Assembly: GCA_038147495.1 (NCBI GenBank) | Contig: JAYQTT010000007.1 | Coordinates: 9,192 to 73,191 of the forward strand | Length of the DNA: 64,000 nt | Source of the DNA: Alphaproteobacteria bacterium | Lineage (GTDB): Bacteria > Pseudomonadota > Alphaproteobacteria > Puniceispirillales > Puniceispirillaceae | Reading direction: 5' to 3' | The notes under the pieces: model-generated | Seen by the model: the letters and a program-made list of their open reading frames with translations, nothing else | The model's database searches: none | Told to the model about the DNA's origin: nothing | Shown here: piece by piece, positions 1-9,906 of the stretch | Numbering within the stretch: position 1 is the stretch's first letter | Layout of the letters: every line of letters starts with the position of its first letter | Program-made: the position numbers and the translations under genes

Positions 1-2
1 CT

Positions 3-98
3 GATGGTGACAACATTAATGTCGACGATCTGGAGATCGCCATTGCCGAGATCGAGGCGTCTCAGGCGCTGAACATCACGCATTTTTCCATACGCTGA
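3..98 (+). CDS. 3' end of an unidentified CDS entering from upstream of the window (...DGDNINVDDLEIAIAEIEASQALNITHFSIR*)
   Basis: Frame open from position 3 to TGA at 96-98; no family recognised. A minus-strand ORF (ATG at 83-81, MRDVQRLRRLDLGNG...) is also open to the window edge, so the strand is unresolved. Confidence 0.2.
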   Translation, partial: DGDNINVDDLEIAIAEIEASQALNITHFSIR

Positions 99-133
99 TA
101 CGCGGTCAATTTCCTGACGGACATCGATGAAAA

Positions 134-154
134 TGGCGGAGGAAGGAAGGGAAT
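134..154. repeat. Distal att-type direct repeat (degenerate copy of the tRNA-Ser 3' end)
   Basis: 9 nt plus 8 nt are identical to 4811-4829, interrupted by a 2-nt insertion (aa); similarity stops immediately after. Confidence 0.6.
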
Positions 155-285
155 AGATGCCAGCAAACCCGAAAAACTTAAGTAAATATAATCATTTCAT
201 TACTTTGCTTTGCATCCTTGGCACAATCCTTGGCACAAAACAGGTGGTGAACTACGGGTGTCCCAAAGTTAAAAGGGATCTTAAC
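146..285 (+). repeat. Island arm repeat, copy A (high-identity core; weaker similarity continues to ~410)
   Basis: Aligns by eye to 1798-1935 at roughly 90% identity with one 2-nt indel. Confidence 0.85.
218..238 (+). promoter_or_regulatory. TTGGCACAA doublet with 12-bp spacing; candidate integrase arm-type binding site (copy 1)
   Basis: ttggcacaa at 218-226 and 230-238. The same doublet occurs at 1868-1888 and, as ttggtacaa, at 4728-4748. Confidence 0.4.
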
Positions 286-619
286 TCAGAACCACACCCC
301 ATCTCCATTACCGAAATAAGCAATTTCAAAGAACGGATAAAGTGTCAATTTGTTGTTGTTTTTTTGATTGACGGCGAACGACGAAACAATGGTCAAGGTT
401 TCGACGCCGCCCCTCTATAGGCACAACTCAGGCATTCGGGCGTTTGGGAATTATTCGTCTCGGTATTAATGACGATGTGGCGGTGACTTAAACGCAAATT
501 CACATCAGTTGCGCCTTCCAATGTGGGGCACCACTTCGAAGGCGCATTCGTGTCTCAGAAACAACCTAGTTTCTAGGTTGAAATCAAGAGAAAATCCAGA
601 GACTTTGTGTTATCAAACT

Positions 620-815
620 TCAATTTACGGCATTAGACTTGCCGTTACAGCCCCTTCCGTCTCGTAAGACACGGCTTGGTCCCTCTTCAAGACCGTTTAA
701 ACCCGAGAGTTTTGGACTGCAGTGATATGAACAAACACATCTGCAGAACCATCATCCAGTTCGATGAACCCAAAGCCTTTTGAAAATTAAACCACTTAAC
801 TTTGCCTGTACTCAT
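620..815 (-). pseudogene. Cold-shock protein (CspA family) gene remnant with several frameshifts
   Basis: The minus strand from ATG (815-813) reads MSTGKVKWFNFQK. GFGFIELDDGSADVFVHITAVQNS follows in the next frame, and further CspA-like pieces (GLNGLEEG, QAVSYETE, NGKSNAVN*) are spread over all three frames. Confidence 0.6.
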
Positions 816-1636
816 ATTAACTCTTATATGAACGTTGGTTTTAAAAGCATAACCATCCGCTCATGAGTAGAATTGAGTACACAGTTTAAAAGCCTCGCAG
901 TGCGAGATGGTCACCTTGTGCCATGCTCCTCTCAAAACGCCAGCGTTTTATCAAAACCCGTAAAATGAGTGCATGAATTTTCATGTGAATGAAAAATTAA
1001 TCTGCAACGCGAATTATCGTTAGCAATTTGAGTCGACAAATTTTGTGGTTGCTTAATATTTCATTTGCGTCGACTGTTACGACGAGTGATTTGTAAGCCA
1101 GATACAAGCGCGAGCCAAATCTTCGATAAGGGCGACTGGTGGAAAATTGGTGGAAACGCCAAAGCCAAGAATTCAACAAGCATTGAAAAACTCAAATCCG
1201 CTGAAGCACACTAACCTGACTTCCTACCCAATAGAATTTTCACAATGTGGCTCAATTCAGGCTGCATCAAATTGAACCGACAATGGTCAATGGCCTTCAG
1301 CAAACAACAACCAATTTGCAGTCTATGTGTTGAATGGAACCCACAAGAATGAAAACCTCTTTAATCGTGCCCCCTCACCTTTTTGCTCGCATTTCCAACC
1401 TATGGAGCCGAATTCAAACTTGTTCCTTCAGATGACGCCTACATATCTTTAAACAGAATGCCTTTATGCACTGACAAGAGGAACAAAAATTTCCACCACA
1501 ACCGGCGGGGACCTCCATGTTTACCAAAATCAAGCATGGCTCATAAGTGTCGAGATGGACCTCAAAATGCTTAAGTGTGAATTAGCTGGAGAATTTATTG
1601 AGTAGGACAGCATCGTAATGATAATTAACGAATTTA

Positions 1637-1831
1637 TTGAAAGACAGACAAATGAACTCAAACAAAATGAAGCAAGACTTCAAACAGCTGGCTCTACTTG
1701 GCATTAAATTAGAAACGCACCACGTCTACTATGTGGGAGGCTATCGGTACACAGAATTGAACCACGCTATCGATGCTGCAAACAGAGCGAAAGGGATGAA
1801 GGGAATAGATGCCAGCAAGCGAAAAACTTAA
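1637..1831 (+). CDS. Hypothetical 64-aa protein (island cargo); may not be a real gene
   Basis: ORF only; its 3' end runs into arm repeat copy B; no family recognised. Confidence 0.2.
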   Translation: MKDRQMNSNKMKQDFKQLALLGIKLETHHVYYVGGYRYTELNHAIDAANRAKGMKGIDASKRKT

Positions 1832-1935
1832 GTAAATTTAATCATTTCATTACTTTGCTTTGTATCCTTGGCACAATCCTTGGTACAAAACAGGTCATGA
1901 ACTGGGGGTGTTCCAAGGTCAAAAGGAATCTTAAC
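1798..1935 (+). repeat. Island arm repeat, copy B (weaker similarity continues to ~2060), preceded by a degenerate att core at 1787-1806
   Basis: Direct repeat of 146-285. gcgaaagggatgaagggaat (1787-1806) resembles gcggaggaaggaagggaat at 137-154. Confidence 0.85.
1868..1888 (+). promoter_or_regulatory. TTGGYACAA doublet (copy 2)
   Basis: ttggcacaa at 1868-1876 and ttggtacaa at 1880-1888, with the same 12-bp register. Confidence 0.4.
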
Positions 1936-2149
1936 CAAAAAGTTATAACCCTTCTTCATTTTCAAAATATGCAGTTTCAAAAAACAGGTAAAGCGTGAAT
2001 TTGTCGTTATTGACAGGAAATGACGAAACGCAAACGGATTACGGGACTTTGAACGAGAGGCCTCAGGACGGCCCAAAAACTCCCGGCAAAAGCCTTACCT
2101 GCTTTTCTTAATAAGTCTTGTTTTTTCAGAGAAGAGCTAATTTTGATGA

Positions 2150-2681
2150 CTAAGCCTTGGGCGTGACGATAACCCAAAAGCCTTTACCATAAAGATTATG
2201 TTGTTGAAGGCTTTTAATCTCAAAATGCTCACACAATCGGGGCAACCACCAAGAAGTAGGTTGCTGAATCAAATGAGCGTTGCGTCCATCCGACAGTGTT
2301 TTTCTTGCTGGCCCCATGTGTATCGAGAAAAATCCAACTTTTTGCGTAAGACCCGCAAGCACACTTATTGTCGGCGCCACATAATTTGGCTCAACATGTT
2401 CTAAAACATCAATGCAACAAAACCATTTCAGCGCTTCAGGCTCACCCATACTCAGGAAAAGCTGGGTCATAAGGCAGATATCTAAAGCCAGAAAGCCCGG
2501 CACTTTTGAGCCCCTGCAACAAACGTTTTTTTCCTGCACCATAGTCACAAATCGACCGAATTTTATTTTCTTTAGCTATTTTGGCCACAAAACTCGCAAA
2601 AGCCAATGACGCAACCCCATAGTTTGGGTTTTCGTGAAGCTCTTTCTGCTGTTCAAGATAACCAGCTGATATAACTTCCAT
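2150..2681 (-). pseudogene. Class I SAM-dependent methyltransferase, frameshifted
   Basis: The 79-aa ORF carries motif I (ICDYGAGKKRLL). The 132-aa ORF carries CIDVLEHVEPNYV in another frame. The join is near 2445-2460 (..PAFPEYG* / ..GEPEALKWF..), and the 532-nt span is not a multiple of 3. Confidence 0.6.
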
Positions 2682-3438
2682 CTAGACATACCTTTGCGAT
2701 TTAAGGTGCCAGCGTTGATTAAATGAATAGTCGCCGTTCATCTCATGCTAGCCTTGTTTGCTTTTAGGTCAACCGTCGAATGAAACATGGTTAAACTATT
2801 GGGGGCTCTACAAACATTGTCCCAGCGAGAGATTGGGTTTTGACAATTGGTTTCCAGCAAACCCTTGGCTTTTAAGCGCTAAGGGTATTCTAAAGATTAC
2901 AAATGCGCCCCACTCACCAAGGTTGCTACCTATGACGACGACCACAGTAATAACCTATCCTTAGTTACTATAGATACCATAGGTAGCTTTGTTGCTTGGT
3001 GGGTTGGTCGTGGTTGTTTTCCAACGAAAGCAGAGACCAAAGACCAATGCACACCTCTCGTCCACGACATTAGTAGTGAACAATTGCACAAAACCATAGT
3101 TAGCTTTCAGTTGGAGGATGATTATGATTATAATGACGATGTCACTCAAATCAGCTGGCGACACCGAGTAACCTTGAGACAAAAGAGATGAGTGTCGTAA
3201 ATCTCGTTTTAGGGCTTGCTGACGGGCTTTGGAGGAGGTTAACCTACACTGACTGCATCGAACTGCTCAAATCCCTGTCAGAGGCCGTCAAATCGCCGCT
3301 ATTGGGTATGTGAATGTCTTGAGCGGGGAGGTCGCAGTGTTTGACGCGCAAATGCTTCGTGAAGCACGCTAACGAACCACATTTGACGATAAAAGTCAAC
3401 CCTTTATTGCAAAAATATTTACTTTTATCAATGAGTTG

Positions 3439-4701
3439 TTATCGGTATGTAATTTGGGATATGGCTTCCATCTTTTGCGCCATAGATGTCCCACCAGAGT
3501 ACAGCCCATAGGTCATTGTCTGCTTCTCATGGCCCAATATATCCGCTGCAACACCCTCCATAACCCCTGCTCTCTCAAGCTTTGTTGTCACCGTCTTTCG
3601 AAGGCCATGAAAGACAAGCTCAGGACCAAAGCCTAGTTCCTTTTTGAGACGAGCAAACCGCTTTGATAGACTAGGTGAACGCTGGCCATACTGGTTCTTG
3701 GCGCTAGATGGTATCAAGTAGCCGTCCCTGCTCTCGTCGATTAGCCTGTCAACAACAGATACAATGGAAGGATGAAGAGGCACATACCTCACTCCAGCCT
3801 TTGTCTTGGCCTGTCTTACTCGCAATGCTCTGTGGCTCTCCTCTACAACCACATCCTCCACTCTGAGGCTGCACAGCTCCTCTATTCTCGCTCCTGTGTA
3901 AAGAGCAAGCTGGATGAGGTCCGACAACGGCCCATCCCTGCTCGCTGCGGCAGCCTTCATCAGTTCAAGACACTCGGCATTGCTAAAGCCCCGCCTGACT
4001 ATGGACCTACCCCCTCCTGTCTTGTGGATTGCATGTCCAGAAAACGGTGACGGGTCACTGACAACCTGAATGGACAGAAGATAAGTCCAGAAGGAATTGA
4101 GTGCGCTCAAGCGTCTTTTGAGCGACTTTACTCCAACATCTTCCAGCGCGGACCGTCTAACCCAGTCACTGACCAGCTTCTTATCAGGGATATGGGCGGT
4201 CTCCTCCTTGTGGAAGACAATCACATCTCTTTGCATTTGGTCCACGGTCTTCTGCCTGAGGTGCGCCAGAGAGGCAACCCATCCGGCTACATAGCCTTCC
4301 AGTGTGACTATCTGGCCTGAGGCAATGCCATAGAATGTTTTTGCCGTCATTCTGAGATGTGCGTCCTCCACCTCGTGGAAGTCTCTGCCTCCCAGAACGA
4401 CATCCTCTACCTCACCCTCAATTATGACGCCCTTGATGAATTCATCATAATCACTTCCCTGCCCATCCTCATCGAACGCTCTCTTTAGAGCCTTTGCACG
4501 GGCCATCACGCCATCCTGCGCAGCTTCTTCAATTAGCTTTTTCCATTGGAGAATCAGAGGCGCTGCGAGAAGTTCGGCTTCCTTGAGGCTTGCAGTGCCA
4601 AGGGATTACTTGAATTCGCTCCTTCCGAGGATGGGGCGGAGTTTCTTGGGGATAACCAGACGGGCTGAGTAGATTTCACCCCTGCGCACCACAAAGCTCA
4701 T
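3439..4701 (-). pseudogene. int: Tyrosine recombinase (P4-like island integrase) interrupted by an in-frame TAA at 4608-4606
   Basis: ATG at 4701-4699 gives MSFVVRRGEIYSARLVIPKKLRPILGRSEFK-TAA-SLGTASLKEAELLAAPLILQWKKLIEEAAQDGV, then the 356-aa track ORF, all in one frame (1263 nt). Catalytic-domain motifs are intact: TGARIEE, HGLRKT, LGHEKQTMTYGLY. Confidence 0.75.
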
Positions 4702-4727
4702 CGACCACGACCTCACTCACATCATAT

Positions 4728-4748
4728 TTGGTACAAATCTTGGTACAA
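4728..4748 (+). promoter_or_regulatory. TTGGTACAA doublet (copy 3), between the integrase start and the tRNA
   Basis: ttggtacaa at 4728-4736 and 4740-4748. It lies 27-47 nt upstream of the full-length integrase ATG (4701-4699, minus strand) and ~60 nt from the att core. Confidence 0.4.
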
Positions 4749-4810
4749 AGTTATCCTAGGCCATTTCCAAATATGCAACGAAATCAGTGGTTAGGGGAAG
4801 CAAAAAATAA

Positions 4811-4902
4811 TGGCGGAGGGGAAGGGATTCGAACCCCCGAAAGGAATTTCTTCCTTTAACGATTTAGCAAACCGCCGCCTTCAGCCACTCGGCCACCCCT
4901 CC
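4811..4902 (-). tRNA. tRNA-Ser (anticodon GCU), CCA encoded, long variable arm
   Basis: Reverse complement: GGAGGGGTGGCCGAGTGGCTGAAGGCGGCGGTTTGCTAAATCGTTAAAGGAAGAAATTCCTTTCGGGGGTTCGAATCCCTTCCCCTCCGCCA. The acceptor GGAGGGG/CCCCTCC pairs, the anticodon loop is TTGCTAA, and the T-loop is TTCGAAT. Confidence 0.9.
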
Positions 4903-5094
4903 GCCGGGGTCTGCGGGCGACGTCGAAAGCCACCACCCGCAACGCAAATACACGGCGTATGCTGGGCACATTCCTAGCTTTGAAAACGGGCGCTGTCAAA
5001 CCTGAAATCACAGCCCGGGCATATTCCCCCGGGCCGCCATTCATGTTGCGCCTTCCGGCCGCTTGGCTGCGGCTATTTGATGTTGTTGCCGGGG

Positions 5095-6549
5095 CTAGCC
5101 GTCGAGCTTGCGCCGCAGGATTTCATTGACCATTCCGGGGTTCGCCTGCCCTCCGGATTGCTTCATCACCTGCCCCACAAAAAAGCCAAACAGCTTGTCC
5201 TTGCCGCCGCGATATTCGGCAACCTTATCTTCATTTGCGGCAATGACGCCATCGATCATCGCTTCGATCGCGCCACTGTCTGACACCTGCTTCAGGCCTT
5301 TTTCCTCGACCACGGCGGCGGCATCTTTTCCGCTGTCAAACATGTCGGCAAACACATCTTTGGCAATACGCCCAGAGATGGTTCCATCGCTGATCAGATC
5401 GACAAGCCCACCAAGCCGTTCCGGCGTGACCTTGCAATCGGCGAGCGTCTGGCCGGATTTGTTCAGCGCGCCAAACAATTCCACCGTCATCCAATTGGCA
5501 ACAAGCTTGCGATCACGGCCTTTGCTGGCCTGCTCGTAATACAGAGCGGTTTCCCGCTCTTCGGTGATCACCGCCGCATCATAGGGCGACAGCCCATATT
5601 CGCCGGTTAGCCTATCCTTGATATCGTCAGGCAGCTCCGGCAACGCCGCCGCGAGCGCGTCAACCTCGTCCTGAGCGATCACCAATGGCAAAAGATCCGG
5701 ATCGGGGAAATACCGGTAATCATGCGCATCCTCTTTTGAGCGCATAGTCCGTGTGGTGCCAGTGCTTGTATCAAACAGGCGGGTTTCCTGATCAATCTCG
5801 CCGCCATCTTCGAGAATTTCAATCTGGCGCGCCACTTCATAATCAATGGCCTGCTGAATAAATCGTAGCGAATTCAGATTCTTGGTTTCCGTTCTTGTAC
5901 CAAAATCTTCACCCGGGCGGCGCACAGACACATTCACATCGGCCCGCAATGAACCCTCTTCCATATTGCCGTCACAGGTGCCGAGATAGCGCAGGATAGA
6001 CCTTAATTTTCGTACATAGGCGGCGGCTTCAGCCGAAGACCGCATATCAGGCCGCGAGACAATTTCCATCAGCGCAACGCCTGTCCGGTTCAAATCGATA
6101 TAGCTTTTGCTTGGATGCTGGTCATGCATCGACTTGCCGGCATCCTGCTCAAGATGAAGGCGTTCAATGCCGATATCCCTGCTGCTGCCATCGGCAAGAT
6201 CAATGCGCAATACGCCCTCGCCAACAATCGGGTGTTTGAACTGGCTGATCTGATAGCCCTGCGGCAGGTCAGCATAGAAGTAATTCTTCCGGTCAAAAAC
6301 GCTCTGAAGATTGATCTTCGCCTTCAAGCCCAGACCGGTGCGAACAGCCTGACGCACACATTCTTGATTGATAACCGGCAGCATTCCGGGCAATGCCGCA
6401 TCAACCAGCGCGACATTCTGGTTCGGATCCGCGCCAAAGGTGGCAGACGCGCCCGAAAACAGCTTTGCCTTTGACGTGACCTGTGCATGCACCTCAAGGC
6501 CGATCACGACTTCCCAATCGCCGGTTGCGCCACTGACAAGGTTGCTCAT
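5095..6549 (-). CDS. gatB: Asp-tRNA(Asn)/Glu-tRNA(Gln) amidotransferase subunit B
   Basis: 484 aa. The N-terminus has [14 protein letters not shown] and the layout is GatB-like throughout. The start overlaps the gatA stop. Confidence 0.93.
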   Translation of the reverse strand: MSNLVSGATGDWEVVIGLEVHAQVTSKAKLFSGASATFGADPNQNVALVDAALPGMLPVINQECVRQAVRTGLGLKAKINLQSVFDRKNYFYADLPQGYQISQFKHPIVGEGVLRIDLADGSSRDIGIERLHLEQDAGKSMHDQHPSKSYIDLNRTGVALMEIVSRPDMRSSAEAAAYVRKLRSILRYLGTCDGNMEEGSLRADVNVSVRRPGEDFGTRTETKNLNSLRFIQQAIDYEVARQIEILEDGGEIDQETRLFDTSTGTTRTMRSKEDAHDYRYFPDPDLLPLVIAQDEVDALAAALPELPDDIKDRLTGEYGLSPYDAAVITEERETALYYEQASKGRDRKLVANWMTVELFGALNKSGQTLADCKVTPERLGGLVDLISDGTISGRIAKDVFADMFDSGKDAAAVVEEKGLKQVSDSGAIEAMIDGVIAANEDKVAEYRGGKDKLFGFFVGQVMKQSGGQANPGMVNEILRRKLDG

Positions 6550-8027
6550 GACTGTCCTCCTGCACGTCCGGCGGGCGTTGCCGTAAAGCCTGCCGAGTCC
6601 TCAAGAACCTGCCCGGCAGCATAAAGTGTTGCCTCATCAAAGGGGCGGCCAAGCAATTGCAACCCCAGCGGCAAGCCATCACCATTCAAACCGGCCGGCA
6701 CCACCATTCCGGGCAGTCCGGCCAGATTGGCCGGCACGGTGAACACGTCATTCAGGAAATTGGTCACCGGATCATCAACCTTGCGGCCTACGGCAAAGGC
6801 CGCAGTCGGTGTCGCCGGCGTCAAAATCGCGTCAACCGTCTGGAACACCGTGTCAAAATCATCGCGGATCAATCGCCGGACGCGCTGTGCCTTCAGGTAA
6901 TAGGCATCGTAATAACCGGCAGACAGCACATAGGTGCCAATCATGATCCGGCGCTGCACCTCCTCACCAAAACCAGCGGCACGCGTCTTTGCGTACATCT
7001 CGTCCAGTGAATCAGCCTCCACACGAAGCCCGTATCGCACGCCATCATACCGCGCCAGATTTGACGAGGCTTCAGCCGGGGCAATGATGTAATAGGCTGG
7101 CAGCGCATATTTTGTGTGTGGCAGGGAAATTTCAACCAATTCAGCACCTGCGGCCTTCAGCCAGTCCTGTCCCTGCTGCCACAAAGTTACAACATCGGGG
7201 TCCATACCATCCATCACATATTCAGACGGAATGCCGATTTTCATGCCTTTGACGCCCTGCCCCAAAGCCTTGGTCAGATCCTGCAACGGCACATTGGCAG
7301 ACGTTGAGTCCTTTTCATCATAACCGGCCATCGCCTGCATCATCAGCGCGTTGTCCGCAACATTACGGCTGAATGGACCAGCCTGATCAAGCGAACTGGC
7401 AAAAGCAACGATGCCATAACGCGAACAGCGACCATAGGTTGGCTTCAACCCGACAACACCGCAAAAAGCGGCTGGCTGGCGAATTGATCCACCGGTGTCG
7501 GTTCCTGTTGCCAGCAATGCTGAACGTGCCGCCACTGCCGCGGCTGACCCACCAGATGATCCACCGGGCACCAGATCAACGCCATCCTTGCCACGCCACG
7601 GGTTAATGACAGGGCCAAAATGGCTGGTCTCATTTGCCGATCCCATGGCAAATTCGTCACAATTCAGCTTGCCGATCATCACACCGCCTTCGCGCCACAG
7701 ATTGGCGGTAACGGTGCTTTCATAGGTCGGCGTAAAGCCGTCAAGAATGTGCGAACATGCTGTGCTGGCGTAACCGGCTGTGCAGAATAAATCCTTCACA
7801 CCAACCGGCAAGCCTTCAATCAGACCGCCCTCGCCCTTGGCAAGTCGCTCATCCGATTGCGCCGCCATTTCCAGGGCCCGATCGGCGGTCATCGCCACAT
7901 AATGATTCTGGCTGGCGGTTTCTTCGGCAGCGGCAATGTAGGCGCTGGCAAGCTCAACCGCAGAGACGTCACGCGCAGCAAGTGCCGCGCGGGCCTCAAC
8001 CGCACCAAGTTCAAGCAAATCAGTCAT
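6546..8027 (-). CDS. gatA: Glu-tRNA(Gln) amidotransferase subunit A
   Basis: 493 aa with the amidase signature [12 protein letters not shown]. It lies between gatC and gatB. Confidence 0.93.
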   Translation of the reverse strand: MTDLLELGAVEARAALAARDVSAVELASAYIAAAEETASQNHYVAMTADRALEMAAQSDERLAKGEGGLIEGLPVGVKDLFCTAGYASTACSHILDGFTPTYESTVTANLWREGGVMIGKLNCDEFAMGSANETSHFGPVINPWRGKDGVDLVPGGSSGGSAAAVAARSALLATGTDTGGSIRQPAAFCGVVGLKPTYGRCSRYGIVAFASSLDQAGPFSRNVADNALMMQAMAGYDEKDSTSANVPLQDLTKALGQGVKGMKIGIPSEYVMDGMDPDVVTLWQQGQDWLKAAGAELVEISLPHTKYALPAYYIIAPAEASSNLARYDGVRYGLRVEADSLDEMYAKTRAAGFGEEVQRRIMIGTYVLSAGYYDAYYLKAQRVRRLIRDDFDTVFQTVDAILTPATPTAAFAVGRKVDDPVTNFLNDVFTVPANLAGLPGMVVPAGLNGDGLPLGLQLLGRPFDEATLYAAGQVLEDSAGFTATPAGRAGGQS

Positions 8028-8314
8028 TATTCAACCACCTTTGGCACGACAAAAAAGCCCCCGGCTGTCTCCGGCACATTGGCCAACACCTCATCAATCC
8101 GGTTTCCGTCTGTAACCACATCCTCGCGCATTGGCAGGCCATGGCCGGTCACATTGGCCAGCGGCTCAACATTATCGGTATTCACTTCATTGAGTTCATC
8201 AACCCAACTCAGGATGCCGTTCAGTTCCTCGGCGATGCTTTCCTGCCGCTCTTCAGGAACATGAATACGCGCCAATCTGGCGATTTTGGCAACGGTGGTC
8301 TTGTCAACAGACAT
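8027..8314 (-). CDS. gatC: Glu-tRNA(Gln) amidotransferase subunit C
   Basis: 95 aa ([22 protein letters not shown]...VVPKVVE) from ATG at 8314-8312. It is the 3' part of the 219-aa track ORF, and its stop overlaps the gatA start by 1 nt. Confidence 0.85.
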   Translation of the reverse strand: MSVDKTTVAKIARLARIHVPEERQESIAEELNGILSWVDELNEVNTDNVEPLANVTGHGLPMREDVVTDGNRIDEVLANVPETAGGFFVVPKVVE

Positions 8315-8369
8315 GTCACTATGCTTTTTGCTGTTATTGAGAAAAACTTCAGTGGAATTATCATTCAGC

Positions 8370-8852
8370 ATGCCGATCTGCAAGCTTAACCATGTAAAAG
8401 AGTCCATTTCTGATGGCCAGCGGCTTCTCGGCCTCGATATTGGCAAGAAAACCATCGGGCTTGCACTGTCCGACAAGAGCCTTGCGATTGCATCGCCACT
8501 GAAGATTCTGTGGCGGACCAAATTCACTCCGGACATGGAACAGCTATTCAAGATTGTCGATGATGAGGGTGTGGGCGCCATGGTGCTTGGCTGGCCGGCC
8601 AATATGGATGGCAGTGCCGGCCCCCGCTGTGACTCGGTGCGTGACTTTGCCCACGCGATGATGCGTCTTCGCGACATCCCGGTCATTTTTCAGGATGAAC
8701 GGCTGTCAACGCGGGCAGTTGAGGGCGCCATGGTTGCCGCCGATATGACACGCTCAAAACGCGCCGAACGCCGCGATGCGCTGGCTGCAGCGTGGATTTT
8801 GCAATCGGCGCTCGACCGGCTACATGACAATCAGATCGATGAAAATGACTGA
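8370..8852 (+). CDS. ruvX: Holliday-junction-resolvase-like nuclease YqgF/RuvX
   Basis: LLGLDIGKKTIGLALSD N-terminal motif. ATG at 8370 chosen inside the longer track ORF. Confidence 0.8.
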   Translation: MPICKLNHVKESISDGQRLLGLDIGKKTIGLALSDKSLAIASPLKILWRTKFTPDMEQLFKIVDDEGVGAMVLGWPANMDGSAGPRCDSVRDFAHAMMRLRDIPVIFQDERLSTRAVEGAMVAADMTRSKRAERRDALAAAWILQSALDRLHDNQIDEND

Positions 8853-8910
8853 AGTCATCCGCCGTTTTAGACTGGACCTGACACCATCAATTAGACTATG
8901 ACTGACGTTT

Positions 8911-9906
8911 ATGAACAAACCGTCCAATAAACGGGCCGCAACGGCTCGAAAGGCGCCTGCAGCGTTGCTGCCGACGCGACATCTTTTGGGCATCGAGGGG
9001 ATGAATCCTCTCGAGATCAACGCGCTTCTCGATCGCGGCGATTATTTTGCCAATGCCATTCAGAAAAACAGTGACCAGCAGGCAAACCTTGGTGATGCGC
9101 TGAAAGGCAAAACCGTTCTCAACCTGTTTTACGAGAACTCGACCCGCACCCGTGTGTCGTTCGAGCTGGCCGCCAAGCGACTTGGTGGTTCAGTCCTCAA
9201 TATTTCGGTAGCCGGCTCGTCAGTCAAAAAGGGTGAAACGCTGCTCGACACGGCCACCACGCTGAACGCCATGCATCCGCATATTCTGGTTGTCCGGCAC
9301 AATTGTTCCGGCGCGGCACGCCTGCTCAGCGAGCATGTCGATGCGGCGGTTATCAACGCTGGCGATGGTCGGCATGAGCATCCGACCCAAGCTTTGCTGG
9401 ATGCGCTGACCATTCGTCGACGGGTCGGCCATATTGAAGGGCTGAAGATTGCGATTTGCGGCGATATCGCCAATAGCCGCGTGGCGCGTTCAAATATTCA
9501 TCTGCTTGGCACGCTGGGCGCCGAAGTCCGCCTTGTGTGTCCGTCAACATTGCTACCAACGGCGATTGACCAAATGGGCGTCAGCGTCTCAACCAATCTT
9601 GAAGAAGGCATCTATGGCGCCGACATCGTGATGATGCTGCGGTTGCAGACAGAGCGCATGGCCGGAACCGAAACCCCGTCCCAGCGTGAATATTTCAATC
9701 TTTTCGGGCTTGATCGTTCGAAATTTCTGCGGGCGGCGCCGAATGCGCTGATCATGCACCCCGGGCCGATGAACCGCGGCGTCGAAATTGACTCAACAAT
9801 GGCCGATGATGTCGAAAAAAGTCTGATCCGTACGCAAGTTGAGATGGGTGTTGCCGCGCGTATGGCCTGCCTCGAAGCGCTGGCACTCAGGGGTGAGACA
9901 ACATGA
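8911..9906 (+). CDS. pyrB: Aspartate carbamoyltransferase catalytic subunit
   Basis: 331 aa with the motifs [19 protein letters not shown] and HPGPMNRG. Confidence 0.93.
   Translation: MNKPSNKRAATARKAPAALLPTRHLLGIEGMNPLEINALLDRGDYFANAIQKNSDQQANLGDALKGKTVLNLFYENSTRTRVSFELAAKRLGGSVLNISVAGSSVKKGETLLDTATTLNAMHPHILVVRHNCSGAARLLSEHVDAAVINAGDGRHEHPTQALLDALTIRRRVGHIEGLKIAICGDIANSRVARSNIHLLGTLGAEVRLVCPSTLLPTAIDQMGVSVSTNLEEGIYGADIVMMLRLQTERMAGTETPSQREYFNLFGLDRSKFLRAAPNALIMHPGPMNRGVEIDSTMADDVEKSLIRTQVEMGVAARMACLEALALRGETT

Larger units (their letters stand above)
134..4829. mobile_element. Decayed integrative island inserted in the 3' end of tRNA-Ser(GCU); two tandem modules (134-1797 and 1798-4829)
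   Basis: The tRNA 3' end tggcggaggggaagggatt (4811-4829) recurs as tggcggagg-aa-ggaagggaat at 134-154. A tyrosine integrase gene abuts the tRNA. The interior is visibly AT-rich and ORF-poor, and all recognisable genes in it are disrupted. Confidence 0.6.

Noticed and set aside
218-238. Sigma-54 promoter look-alike TGGCAC-N5-TTGG
   Set aside because: The invariant -12 GC is replaced by GG. The third copy reads TGGTAC, which loses the -24 element. The exact 12-bp tandem arrangement fits a repeated protein-binding box better.
157-420. 87-aa ORF inside arm-repeat copy A, and the 82-aa minus ORF at 1828-2076 in copy B
   Set aside because: Neither reading frame is preserved in the other repeat copy, because of indels and stops. 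The repeat therefore behaves as non-coding DNA.
2961-3182. 73-aa ORF with a poly-Ile run
   Set aside because: It is encoded by an AT-rich simple repeat (gatgattatgattataatgacgat) within ORF-poor island DNA. It has no RBS or homology.
8315-8686. Upstream 124 codons of the 219-aa ORF that contains gatC
   Set aside because: The GatC homology begins at MSVDKTT (ATG 8314). The extension runs antisense through ruvX and has no GatC-like sequence.
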